A stretch of DNA of 64,000 nt from Octopus bimaculoides (lineage: Eukaryota), in assembly GCF_001194135.2 (NCBI RefSeq), contig NC_068982.1:95839464-95903463 (forward strand), written 5' to 3'. The notes beneath the pieces were generated by a model, which did no database searches, was not told the DNA's origin, and saw nothing but the letters and a program-made list of their open reading frames with translations. Of the stretch, positions 51,941 to 63,455 are shown one piece after another (positions within the stretch are counted from its first letter, which is position 1; each line of letters starts with the position of its first letter). The position numbers and the translations under genes are program-made.

Positions 51941-54900
51941 TTATATAGATAGATAGATAGATAGATATGTGTATCTGTGTATGATAGAATATAAATAGAT
52001 TGTAGCTACAGCCAGCTGGTAGAAATTATACTCCAAGAACTGCTTGAGTAATGTTTGTAAGAATTATTTGGTAAGTGTGAAATAGAAGTTATGCTAGTTA
52101 TTGCCTTAAGTCTGAACAACTTTTATATATTTCTGTCTGCCAGGTGTTCAATAAGACAGGAATAAATGTTTGAATGATGCTTTAGAAAAAAACCTTGTCA
52201 GAATTGTCATCCCTACATCAATCTTATCTGTTCAGTGTTGTTGGAACAAAATTTGTTGGTCCATATTTCTAACTGCCATTATTCAGCTCAAATGTTGTAC
52301 TTGAAAAGCCTTTCACCAAGATAGTAAGTGGAAGATATATGGCAAGAAATATATCAAATTGAAACTTGTTCAAAACTCTGCCTGTATCCAACATATCTTC
52401 ATGAAATCATTTTCAAATATCGTACTTAGTTTGTATAGCTGCACCAATTATTTTAAAGATATTAGGGGTTCTTTGTGCTTGCTTGTTTAGCAGCAATTTC
52501 AATACTACAGTTCTGTGTAAAAATTCTTGTAAGAAACCAGATGTTTGGATAGGCTGCCCTTAAATATTCAGCATCATATTCTGGTAGTAATTGTTGGCAC
52601 TCCATCGCTTACTACATCGAGGGTTCCAGTTGATCTGATCAACGGAACAGCCTGCTTGTGAAATTAACGTGCAAGTGGCTGAGCGCTCCACAGACACGTG
52701 TACCCTTAACGTAGTTCTCGGGGATGTTCAGCATGACACACTGTGACAAGGCTGACCCTTTGAATTATAGGCACAACAGAAACAGGAAGTAAGAGTGAGA
52801 GAAAGTTGTGGTGAAAGAGTACAGCAGGGTTCGCCACCATCCCCTGCCAGAGCCTCATGGAGCTTTAGGTGTTTTTGCTCAATAAACACTCAGAACACCC
52901 GGTCTGGGAATCAAAACCGCGATCCTATGACCACGAGTCCGCTGCCCTAACCACTGGGCCATTGCGCCTCCGCACTGGTAGTAATTACCAAAGTTAAATC
53001 TACAAGCTGAATGAAATTGTACTTAGCCTTAACTCTCCTATTTTACTCTCTCTGTATGTGTGTGTGTGTGTATTTTTATCGTGTCATTATCCGTGTTGTT
53101 TTATAGCCACTTTCCTTGCAAACTGGTTTCCTAAAGTTGCAAGTTGTCATGCACATCACAACCCTTATTCTGTATACCATAACACTATCCCACATGAACC
53201 CCAAAGAAGAGGCCATTGCAGTGTTATCTAAATTATCTACCAACTACAATAATGAGGTCACTGTTATTTGTTTTGAGCATGGTCTACAGGTCTCATAGAA
53301 GCAGTCTTTCTATACATCTGCCAATACTAAGTGCATCGTGTAATTTGCCTTTGTCACTTTCATGTCATCACCAAAGCAGTCATTCATTAACAACAAATCT
53401 TTGTAATTGTGACTGTCACTTCAGTAATAGATTCTCATTAAGCATTTAAATTTTCATCTCTGTTAAGACTGAAGTTGTATTATAGTTTTGTTTCTTTCAG
53501 CAGCATTACTTTTTTTATATAATCTTTTCCTAAACATTTAGTAAAGGACATGTGATCACCTGATCAATTCTTGTTTACATGTTAGGTCTGTCCTTCGAGC
53601 ATTTATAAGACTTTTTTTTTAAATTTCTTTTACCATCGACCTTTTACCATTTTAAGGTCATGAACTTGTCAGACATAAATAAGCAAGAGGAAGAGAAACA
53701 GGAACTTGGCACCAAATAAAAGTGCACTCAACAGAAGGAAAAACCAGTAGTGCCAGACAAGAGCTCCTTCAGATGAAGTCACTGTATGTTTGACTACAAC
53801 TCCCACGTGGGCCTCTACAGCCACAGCAGATGCTGCACCACCATCAACAGCTGACACGATTTTTTGGGGTGCAGATCTATGGTCTCTTGAGACCAACAGA
53901 TGCCTACTACTATTACATTTTTTCTAGATTTCTTGCAGTTCTCACTAGAGACACATTTCTTCCCAGTTTCTTTTCATCTGTTATAGTTTTGTGCTAGTTA
54001 TTTCCCATATCTGGACTGAAGCATCAACGTTATTACTAAACTATGGTATTGAAATCAGTGCCTGTCTATTGTTGATTAAAGTAGATACCAGTCATGTATT
54101 AGAATTGATTTATTTGACAATGCTTCTTGAATTATTTGGCCTTCTGCTAAAAATTACAAACTATTGTGGATAGTCATGAATTTTGGAAAAATCTGAGCAC
54201 CAGACTAAATTCCTTAGTTTCATATTTCCATAATCAAATACTGCTGGTGTGAGCCACTTTTTACTCTTCTATTGTTCAGTACCCTGGCTTATACTCTCTT
54301 CATTGTATATAAAACTGTCAAGTGAAATTAGCAGGGCATTGTAAATCAGTAGCTAGAGCACACCAAATGAAATGCTTAAGTATTCAAAGTCTCACCGTGG
54401 AGGAGCAATGGCCCAGTGGTTAGGGCAGCGGACTCGCGGTCATTGGATCGCGGTTTCGATTCCCAGACTGGGAGTTGTGAGTGTTTGAGTGAAAACACCT
54501 AAAGCTTCATGAGGCTCCGGCAGGGGATGGTGGCGAACCCTGCTGTACTCTTTCACCACAACTTTCTCTCACTCTTTCTTCCTGTTTCTGTTGTGCCTGT
54601 AATTCAAAGGGTCAGCCTCGTCACACTGTGTCACACTGAATATCCCTGAGAACTATGTTAAGTCTCACCAAGATTGACTTAGTCTCTTATCTCCTTATGG
54701 AGCCAGTAAGTACCAGTAATATGCGAATATTGATATTATCTTGTTTAAAGATTTTATTCATCGTAATTGCTTTCCTCCCATATTCCTGAAACCTGATAGT
54801 TTCTTAAACCAATACATAACATCCAAATTGGAATTCTTAGGCAAGTTTTGATTTATAGCTAACACTGGAAGTCAGAGAAGTCTTGAGACATAAACATTAT

Positions 54901-57900
54901 AAAAACATTCCAGTAGGTTGCCTATCATGATAAACATTCACAACATTGTTTATGAGTATAGTTAAAATTATGTACTTCTGGAAAGAATTTCTATACTGTT
55001 TGATTTGCTACTTTGCATGTCAGATCTTTGTATAAAGTAATTTTGAGTGAACAAAACAAATACAGTGGTTGTACAATGAATTGAATACTGCGAATTAAAA
55101 ACCAGAGTTCATAGTCAGCCATTTTATTTCCTTTAGGAAAGACTTGGGTATTACTTTTCTACCTTCACAGAATACAAAAGTCAAATATCAACCAAAGAGC
55201 AATCACCCTGTCAACATAACACTGAAAACAGTAGCCAAAATTTTAATTATATAGATGTAAATTTATCTTTAGATACAATGATGAAGATATAACTGATAGT
55301 TCTCCTGCTTTCATTCAATAAGCATGATATCCTAGTTCACCTTCAACGTACGCACAATATCCTGGCCCTCCCTCAGTGTACACACAATATCTTAAACATG
55401 ATCACTGCTGTAAAGGTGGACATGTACCTAGAGTTAGTCGTATAACAAAGTTATTTCGCCAGCTAGAGATAGCAGCCAAATCTCTCGTATGACACATGGA
55501 AAGGAGATAATGGATATTGTAGTTCTAGGTACACTATGCCTGAAAAAAAATCTTGGCTTGATTAACTTTGATAATAGTCTGCTCAGAGCTGGCCTAGGGT
55601 TAAAGAACAGTAACTCAGGTGGGAGAGAATGCCTGGACTATTGAAGGAACAATTGTGAGTCTAACAATTTAGCATTTATTGAATCAAATACAACCCTAAC
55701 TGAAATTCACTATTAAATAAAGCATAAGGAATGTATTTTTCACTTACTGCCTTGCTTGTTCATTACTTTATAATTAGTTTATTAGTTTATAACTTTAAAC
55801 TAATTATTTTATTAGCTTTCTGTTCTAACTCATGTTGGATGCATTTGTAATGAATCTTCTGATGAATCTCAGTATTAGATTTGACTTTTTAAATAATTTG
55901 TTGCTCCCCCTATTACTAATCACTACCATGGCGCAAGTTTGGTAAAATCGTTTTGGCAAAATACCAGTTTTCAAATTTAGGAATTCCTCTTGCCATGTCA
56001 ATTGAAATAAGAATTTGATCAGGTGGCTATATATAAACTAATCAGTATTTCTCATTAAATGGCATGAAATAATTGTTTTTCAACAGTTGGTTATGATTTG
56101 TAATATTTTAATTAATATTAAAGACTTTTATCTTTTACATTTCAAAGATTACAAATTTAACATTTTTTTTCTTTTTAGTTTCCCTGTTTGTTATTCTTTG
56201 GAAATCCACCCACTTGAGATTTTTAATAATGATGGTGTGAACTTGGAACATCTAATTAGTACAATCCCTGGTATCAAAATTTCAAGTGGAAAATTGGGAG
56301 TGAAGAAGATTCAGTATGCAGAAAGCAAGTCAAATCAATTTGTTTTATCAAGCCATAGTTCTAACACCAATGGTATATCAAGATCTTTGTTTTTCATCTC
56401 TCCATTATTTTCAGAATTTTAATTTTTCTACAGGATTTCAAAGCTCTATAGACTAAACATGTACCTAGAGTCATTCTTACAACAAAGTTATTTGACCAGC
56501 TAGAGATAGCAGCCAAATCTCACTCATATAACACATGGAAAGAAGATAATGGATATTGTAGTTCTAGGTACACTATGCCTGAAAAAAACCTTGGCTTGAT
56601 TAATTTTGATAATAGTCTGCTCAGAGCTGGCCTAGGGCTAAAAGAACAGTAACTCAGGTGGGAGAGAATGCCTGGACTATTGAAGGAACAATTGTGAGTT
56701 TAACAAGTTGGAGTTTATTGAATCAAATTGTCCTTCAATTAGGTATTTACCTAGTTATTTATGTTACCTTTCTCTCAAAGGTGTTCTATATAGTAAAGCT
56801 GAACTGAAAGTCCTCTGAGTCTCTAAATAGGATGATAGTCTGAATTAAGTTACATCATATGAGTACTGCAACTCACACCTCCATGTTAATGAAACCTTTG
56901 TCTCACATACAAACTGTTGTGAACTGCAACTTTTCAATGATTTAGCTAGGTGTACACTCAGCTTTGAGAAAAGTGTCTTGTCCAAAAATAGAACATCATC
57001 TACAATAAAATATAGACTGTCAACCAGTAGAGAAATGTTGGCTAATCTATAAGATGTAGTGTTTTAAATGCTTCATATTCCATTTCTTCATTTAACATCC
57101 ACTGTTCCATGCTTGCATGTGTCAGATAGAATTTGTTGAGGCAGATTTTCTATGACTGGATGCCTTTCCTGTCATTCACACATGCTTCTAAGCAAAGTAA
57201 TATTCTTTCTGTAGCCAAACACATTTTTCACAGAAGACAGGAAACTAACAATATTGCTTGTATAACAGTGATGCTCATTTACAACCACAGTTTCAAGACG
57301 AGGACAAACTAGTTTCTTTCAGTTTTTCTACCAAATCCATTCAGAAAACTTTGGTCAACCTAGGGCTGTAGTAGCAGGCTCTTGCTCAAGATCATATACT
57401 TGGGAGATAAGCTTCTTAGCCACAGAACCATACTTGTGACTATGAAGCAATATTTAGTTTTAGAACAACTTGTAGCTTGACTTTGATGAAATATAAATTC
57501 TAGTTTTTTTTTTTAGTGTTTGATTTTGAATTATCATTCCCTTCCGAAATCAGAAAATGTATATAAATTTAGACAGTGGAATATTTTTTCAAATTCCAAA
57601 TTATATATATATTGAAATTAGTTCTTCATTGTTTAACTCCCAAGCCAGTCCTGATTGGACAGACCTATTATCAAAACTATTTCTAGATACACCGACCTAA
57701 CTTTTTCAGATATTGAACTTTAGATGCATTGTTTTGTTTCATTGCTATGCTATATCTACTTTTTAGCCATCACTTTTTATGACTGGATGTTAACATATCT
57801 CTATACTTTTTGTGATAGGGAAGCTGGGAAAAGCCAAACCTACTTCAACCCTTGAATTAGGATTTTGTCAGCAATTGTGCTCCATCTTTTACTGTTGGTT

Positions 57901-60900
57901 TAAAAAAAAATCTGTTAAATTATATTGTACAATATGGCAATGAAACAAAGCATTTAACACAGCAGTAATCATATTTGAACTAGCTGCTTAGAAAGCATTA
58001 TATATTCAAATTAGGCTATCCAGTTTACTTAACAGTGGGTTATAAGCAGTGTACTCATGAACTGTATAAAGTGTGCACAATCCCTGATAAAAACTAAATC
58101 CACGGATTGAAACATGGCAAAAGTATGTTTTCACATTTGTTAAATACAGTTAGTTTTAAATAAATATCCATAGATATGATACAGTTGGCACTCCGTCGCT
58201 TACGACGTCGAGGGTTCCAGTTGATCCGATCAACGGAACAGCCTGCTCGTGAAATTAACGTGCAAATGGCTGAGCACTCCACAGACGCGTGTACCCTTAA
58301 CGTAGTTCTCGGGGATATTCAGCGTGACACAGTGTGACAAGACTGACCCTTTGAATTACAGGCACAACAGAAACAGGAAGTAAGAATGAGAGAAAGTTGT
58401 GGTGAAAGAGTACCGCAGGGTTCACCACCATCCCCTGCCGGAGCCTCATGGAGCTTTAGGTGTTTTCGCTCAATAAACATTCACAACGCCCAGTCTGGGA
58501 ATCGAAACCGCGATCCTATGACCGCGAGTCCGCTGCCCTAACCACTGGGCCATTGCACCTCCACTGATATGATACAGTATACAAATGTCATATCAAATCC
58601 ATCAAGGACTGTATCATCCAGCTTTTCCTTTTAGGTAGCAGGTTGCCAAATGTTTTACATCTCACAATATTGGAAAGCTTGTTACTGATATTTTAAGCTT
58701 GTTACTGATATTGAAAGTACTTTTCTGATTGTTCCCATCTAAAATATTATTTACTAATGTTGAATGGAATATCATTTACTTGATGAATAATATTTGAATT
58801 TTATATAAACATTGTTGATAGATATGTAAAGTTTTTAATTGGAATGTTTTCTTAATAAAGATATTGATTTCAATGCAGATACGGCTGAATGGACTTATAC
58901 ACCTCCGAATAATTCCTCTTTTACACAACAACTTAATCAGATCAGTAGAGAAGTGGTAGATCTGCTTAAACATGCTCCAAACTGCCAGATACCGTTCAGT
59001 AAATTTATTCCAGAATATCACCACCATTTTGGTCGACAATGCCGAGTAGCTGACTATGGCTATACCAAATTAGTTGAACTTTTGGAGGCCATTCCTCACG
59101 TTGTACAGGTTAGTATCTTGAAAGATCTGTTTACCTTTTTTTCGTACTTTTATTTGGGGTAGTGGAAATTTTCCTATTTTCTCTTATTCTTTAATAATGT
59201 CATGTTAAATATTGGTAACATTTATTAGATCCTTGGAAATGGTGAAAAGCGAGTACTTACGCTTAGCCACAAAGCACAAATACGCCGGTTTACAGCAGAT
59301 CTACTGAAAGTTTTAAAACTTCAAAGCAATAAGGAAATAAGCCTTTCAGAATTTCCTTCAGCTTATGGTAAGAAATTTAACTTAATTCTTTTTGTTGTAC
59401 ATAAATTACAAATTTCTTTCACTTGCAAAACATAGATGTTTGATTTTATCATAATCTTGTATTCTTTCATTTCTTTGACTTTTAATTAATTACATGGGAT
59501 AATTCAGATTGTTGAGATACCTCTCCGCTGCCCATTTTTAGTAAGATAAAGCTATTAAAGAAATATTAGGTGGAAGTTTAAACTAATAGCTTTCAATGAC
59601 ATCAGTTATGTGATGCAAGTTAAATATTGATGGTAAACTCTTGCATTAACCACTAAAGGATTAAGAAAGAGTATTTGCTATTTTGGAACTTAAGTTTGTG
59701 TTCTATTTTACATCGACGTATACATTATAAATGATATACATATTATTTTAGTCTAGTGTTGTCTAGTGCGTATATCGATCCAAGTTATATATATTTGTAT
59801 ATACAAGATGTGATGAGTAAGTTGTCACCATTTTATATTTTTAATTTTGTGCATGTGCTTTTTTTTTTTTTTTTTTTTTTTTTTGCTACACAATATAGTA
59901 GGGCCAGTTGGTCACCATCTGTGAGACAAACAGCACCATAACACAATTTACTCTGCCAGAAATTTATAAACAACATGCTGTACTGCTTGGCATTCATGCC
60001 AGTAGCTCCAATATGACCATTTCAGAGTGTTTGGGTGTCAATTTGAGTACAGTGCAGAAGATTTAGAAAGAGTTGGATGAGTCTTATGGTGATTACAAAG
60101 GTACAGTAGCTTGGAAAACTCACTCTGATCATTCTGATCTGAAAAGCACTCCTGAATTTGTTAGTGATTGCCAAGCCATGATTGGCAACAATCTCTCCAA
60201 GTCAATCAGGTCCATCACCAGGGACATGGAAGTTTCTTAACAGGCAGGTAGTGCATGAATACATTTGGTATTCTCATGCAAGATGAGAAAGGGCCAACTT
60301 TTATCCCAAGCCATCAATAACAAGAGGAAAGCCTGCTACAAAGCTTTTCAACAACCTCAAGCATCCTTTCCAACCAAACATGCTTTCGTACTTCTTAGAC
60401 GAGAAAAATTTGTCAGAATCAGATGGTGAACACACAGGACAACCATTGTTTTGCCATGTCCCCAAAACATGTACCAAGAGTGATAAAGTCAAACATCCAA
60501 TAAACATCATGGTGTTTGGAGTGATCACTAATGATGGCAATGTTATGCCTCCATTCATCTTCCCACAGCTTCACTCAACATGGATGCCTACATCAAGTGC
60601 CTGGAGGAGGTAGTGCTGCCTTGGGTCAAGAGAGTGGCTGCTGGAAGACCCTATGTCTGGCAACAGGACTCTGCACCATGTCATATGAGCAGGAAAACCC
60701 AGTCATGGCCATCAGACAATTTCTACAACCACATCACCCCTAGCATCTGGCCATCTAACTCCCCAGACTGCAAACCCTCTTGATTATGTGTGGGACGCAG
60801 TTGAGTGAGAGATCAACAAAACTCCTTGTAACACCAGAGATGAACTGAAGGCAAGAATTATAGCAGCATTCACCAACTTAAGCAAGGACACCATCCAGAA

Positions 60901-62056
60901 GAGTTGCAGGAGATTCCGAAGTCGTCTGGAGGCCATGGTTGGTGCCAATGGCGATTTTATTGAATGAATATACTCCTTAGTATTTCAAGATGTTTTTATG
61001 TAATTTTGGTAAATATATTTGTTAAAATGAGATGTCTGTGTTGTTTTCATTTTTGCATAATTTAGACAGCAATTTACCACACCCAGTATGTGTGTGTGTG
61101 TGTGTGTGTGTGCATATTTGGAAGCTATATCTCTGTGAAGTTTATCAAATTAATTCCTGGCACTCAATGGTTTATGAAACAAAGGCCCAGTTCAATTAAA
61201 ACTTGGATGGAGGATGAAAGTTGAGAACAAGTGTTTAGACTGGCTGATGAAAGCTACATTGGGAAGAATTCCAGCAGTTAATCATTTCCTGTTGTTTAAT
61301 GTTATAAAGTGGACAGGAAAATAAGTAATATGCCATGAATTGTTTAATATTAAAATACTAAGTTCTGCTTATTGATTTTTTTTTTCTCTTTTTCACTGTT
61401 ATCATCATTAGAGAGAATTCTAGAAAAACCATGGAATGTAAAAGAATATGGTGTTTGTTACATTGAAGATCTCCTCTCAGACGTTCCACCTGCAACATTA
61501 TTGGTAAATCTCGGGTTTTTGTTTTATTTGCAGCCATTACAGCTAAGACAAGCACATTTTTTAGTCATTTTTCTTTTTCATTTTTAAACCATATATACTA
61601 CAGAGCAAAATTATATTTTTTTCTTTGCTTAAAATAATTTGAGATTAACACATACTTTAGAGAGGAATTATTATGCCTAATGTAAGCAAAAATCAAAATC
61701 TACTTTTGTTTTTAAATGCCAATGTTTTTTTCTATAGAGAATTTTAGATAGCTTTCTTAAACGATTCATAAGTTATGTAACTAACTAAAATTAACTTCTG
61801 TATCTTATCTCTCTGATTAATTGGCATTTCTTACCACAACCATCTTGAGTTTATACAATTTGAATATTTTAAGAGTCAGACTTCAAATAACCACATTTAC
61901 CACACTTTGTTAATTTACACACCAGTTATCTTATCCTTGAGAACTTTGAAAGTGATATCATTGTCCCTGACATTAGCAAACCTTATGACCATGCTTTGTG
62001 TAAGAACTTTCTAGCTAACCTAACCAGTTATCAATTTTACCTGTCTTGGTCTGAAA

Positions 62057-62113
<57 letters not shown>

Positions 62114-63046
62114 TGAGAGTTGGTATGTGAAAGCACGTGGTTGGATGTATAAAACACAAAATAGTATGAAAAACTACAGAAGACTTGTATTATATGGTTA
62201 AAGAATATATTTAAATCATGTTAAGAAAATGTTATAAAATTTTGTGTGTAGTGACATTGTTTTTGGAGAAATATCTGGTTTTGTATTTTCTTTTCAAATT
62301 TCTCATTTTTTACCGATATTGTCATCTCCTCGCTATATGTCTGTATATACGTCTATATCAATATACCTCTAAACTGATACAATTGATTTAACATCCACTT
62401 TTCCCTGCTTGCATGAGTCAGATGGAATCTTTTGAGGCAGACTTTTTGCAGATGGATGTCTTTCTTGTCTCCAACCTTCACTTGTTTTATAACCAAACAT
62501 GTTTTCACTAAAGATTGGAATCAAATGACACCACTTGTATGATGGTGATACTCATTTACAACTATCATGTGATGTCTAGTCAAGGCAGCTCACACACACA
62601 GGCTTCTTTCAATTTACCATCTCCATTTACAAGGCTTTGGTCAGCCCAGGGCTATAATAGACACCTTTCTGAGGTGCTGTGCAATAGAACTGAACCTAAA
62701 ACATGGTTGGAAAGGAGAACACTTAACCACACAGTTATGGCTGCATCTTCAGCATAGATCATGTTCTCTGAGACTTAAAGTAAATACCACTGGCATGATT
62801 AAGTGTTTATTAGGAAAATGTAGCCATAAGGCAGTTAACTATTGATGTTGCTCAATGTCACCTACAAATATAAAACGTGTTGGACAATATATTCAACATT
62901 TTTATAATTCCTATAATAAAGAAATTTGAATTAAAGTATATCATTTGTAGATGGATATTTTGTCTGTTTGCATGTGATAATACTGAAGGTTTTATAATTC
63001 CAGGTGAACGAAGATTCAGACCCAATCCTCTCAGCACCCAAAAGAA
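28606..63046 (+). CDS. MARF1: MARF1 / Limkain-b1 (RRM + multiple LOTUS/OST-HTH domains); multi-exon gene, 3' end beyond window
   Basis: Eleven exons join in consistent phases (1903 coding nt in window). Peptides [60 protein letters not shown] and [54 protein letters not shown] match the MARF1 RRM2 and LOTUS repeats as I recall them from vertebrate MARF1. Confidence 0.93.
29317..29858 (+). CDS. MARF1: MARF1 exon: low-complexity linker and start of RRM
   Basis: Poly-T tract + CTACAG acceptor; open frame ending ...[28 protein letters not shown]|GTAAGA donor, phase 0. Confidence 0.88.
33575..33750 (+). CDS. MARF1: MARF1 exon: RRM C-terminal half
   Basis: TCAG acceptor; [59 protein letters not shown]; AG|GTATGT donor, phase 2. 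Confidence 0.92.
34391..34762 (+). mobile_element. SINE family B, full length, CpG-decayed
   Basis: Colinear with family B; many TG/CA at positions that are CG in the 7039 and 17494 copies. Confidence 0.85.
36470..38340 (-). mobile_element. Degenerate CR1/Jockey-like LINE (APE-RT remnants)
   Basis: Minus-strand [19 protein letters not shown] resembles the RT motif VALDISKAFDRVWH; upstream [11 protein letters not shown] resembles APE GDFNxH. Heavily decayed. Confidence 0.55.
38692..38772 (+). CDS. MARF1: MARF1 81-nt symmetric exon: first half of LOTUS 1
   Basis: Not in the ORF track; read directly: GCAG|A TCA GAA GCA... = [27 protein letters not shown], donor AG|GTAAGA; phase 2-2. Confidence 0.9.
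43455..43862 (-). mobile_element. SINE family B, full length
   Basis: Colinear with the family B consensus from head to (TAAAAGAG)n tail. Confidence 0.88.
44219..44606 (-). mobile_element. SINE family A, full length
   Basis: TSD TTTAGTTAAT (44209-44218 / 44607-44616). Confidence 0.9.
45383..45515 (+). CDS. MARF1: MARF1 exon: second half of LOTUS 1
   Basis: TTTTACAG acceptor; [44 protein letters not shown]; AAG|GTAAAG donor. Confidence 0.9.
45834..46009 (+). CDS. MARF1: MARF1 exon: linker and start of LOTUS 2
   Basis: TTTTCCAG acceptor; [14 protein letters not shown]...[29 protein letters not shown]; AG|GTATGG donor, phase 2. Confidence 0.88.
46280..47735 (+). mobile_element. Older, heavily decayed RTE LINE 3' portion
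   Basis: Colinear remnants of the same RT and 3' region (e.g. gtgagggctgtacaagctatgtac, ccctatatgctgatagtctagttctcatagc, agattgtatgatg) with many stops. Confidence 0.75.
47737..48925 (-). mobile_element. RTE-clade LINE ORF2 fragment (RT + C4HC3 PHD-like zinc finger)
   Basis: [37 protein letters not shown]; CSIC..CIQC..H..C..CGRC; then [17 protein letters not shown]. Frameshifts present and a 10-N gap inside. Confidence 0.92.
49322..50689 (+). mobile_element. Non-autonomous Helitron-like element with internal microsatellites
   Basis: Starts A|TCTATAAAA and ends with hairpin CCCGGGC-AAA-GCCGGG followed about 8 nt later by CTAA|T (CTRR end, A-T target). CpG-rich relative to the surrounding intron. 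Confidence 0.6.
52593..52974 (-). mobile_element. SINE family A, full length
   Basis: TSD CTGGTAGTAATT (52581-52592 / 52975-52986). Confidence 0.9.
54397..54659 (+). mobile_element. SINE family A, 3'-truncated but TSD-flanked
   Basis: Head intact, ends at ...GAACTATGTT; TSD AAGTCTCACC (54387-54396 / 54660-54669). Confidence 0.88.
55421..56728 (+). repeat. About 270-bp direct repeat pair (55421-55689 and 56458-56728) bracketing a MARF1 exon
   Basis: Both copies run CATGTACCTAGAGT...TATTGAATCAAAT with long identical stretches. Confidence 0.9.
56179..56372 (+). CDS. MARF1: MARF1 exon: rest of LOTUS 2
   Basis: CTTTTTAG acceptor; (S)[46 protein letters not shown]...; G|GTATAT donor, phase 1. 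Confidence 0.88.
58186..58565 (-). mobile_element. SINE family A, near-consensus copy
   Basis: TSD GATATGATACAGT (58173-58185 / 58566-58578); CpGs largely intact. Confidence 0.9.
58879..59108 (+). CDS. MARF1: MARF1 exon: LOTUS 3
   Basis: TGCAG acceptor; [60 protein letters not shown]; CAG|GTTAGT donor. Confidence 0.95.
59229..59367 (+). CDS. MARF1: MARF1 exon: start of LOTUS 4
   Basis: Not in the ORF track; TTAG|ATC CTT GGA = [46 protein letters not shown]; G|GTAAGA donor after a 120-nt intron. Confidence 0.92.
59890..61088 (+). mobile_element. Tc1/mariner DD37D (maT-type) transposon relic
   Basis: LDEK first Asp, [18 protein letters not shown]...[12 protein letters not shown] with 37 residues between the 2nd and 3rd Asp; 3' end ...ACCACACCCAG followed by TA; 5' TIR not found. 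Confidence 0.88.
61412..61503 (+). CDS. MARF1: MARF1 exon: rest of LOTUS 4
   Basis: (E)[30 protein letters not shown]; TTG|GTAAAT donor; phase 1 in, phase 0 out. Confidence 0.9.
63004..63046 (+). CDS. MARF1: MARF1 43-nt exon
   Basis: TTCCAG|GTG AAC GAA... = [14 protein letters not shown]; A|GTAAGT donor; consistent with the preceding phase 0. Confidence 0.8.
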
Positions 63047-63409
63047 GTAAGTATATATTCTGTTAATCTTTCACTAGTTTTTCATTGGATTATGACCATG
63101 CTGGGGTACAATCTTTAAGAATTGTAGCTGATTGTATTTACTCCAGTACTTATTTCAATCTGGTAGTTATTCTGTTTATCAGTTACTTTTTTATGTAAAT
63201 GGAAGTAACTTGATGCATGCACAAATGCCACATGCATTGCATGTACGTCATGTACATTGCACACGTGACAAGCTCACCCCATGTATTTCACATGCACTGC
63301 ACGTACACGTGCTACACATCCCAACCCACCATGTATGCCTTAATCTCCCACCACACTTGCACACCTGTTACATGTGCATGCTACTTACAAGTACAGTGGC
63401 TGTCATGCA

Positions 63410-63455
<46 letters not shown>

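Noticed and set aside
53669-53896. Ala/Val-rich 75-aa minus ORF in a MARF1 intron
   Set aside because: Short, no recognisable domain and no supporting splice structure.
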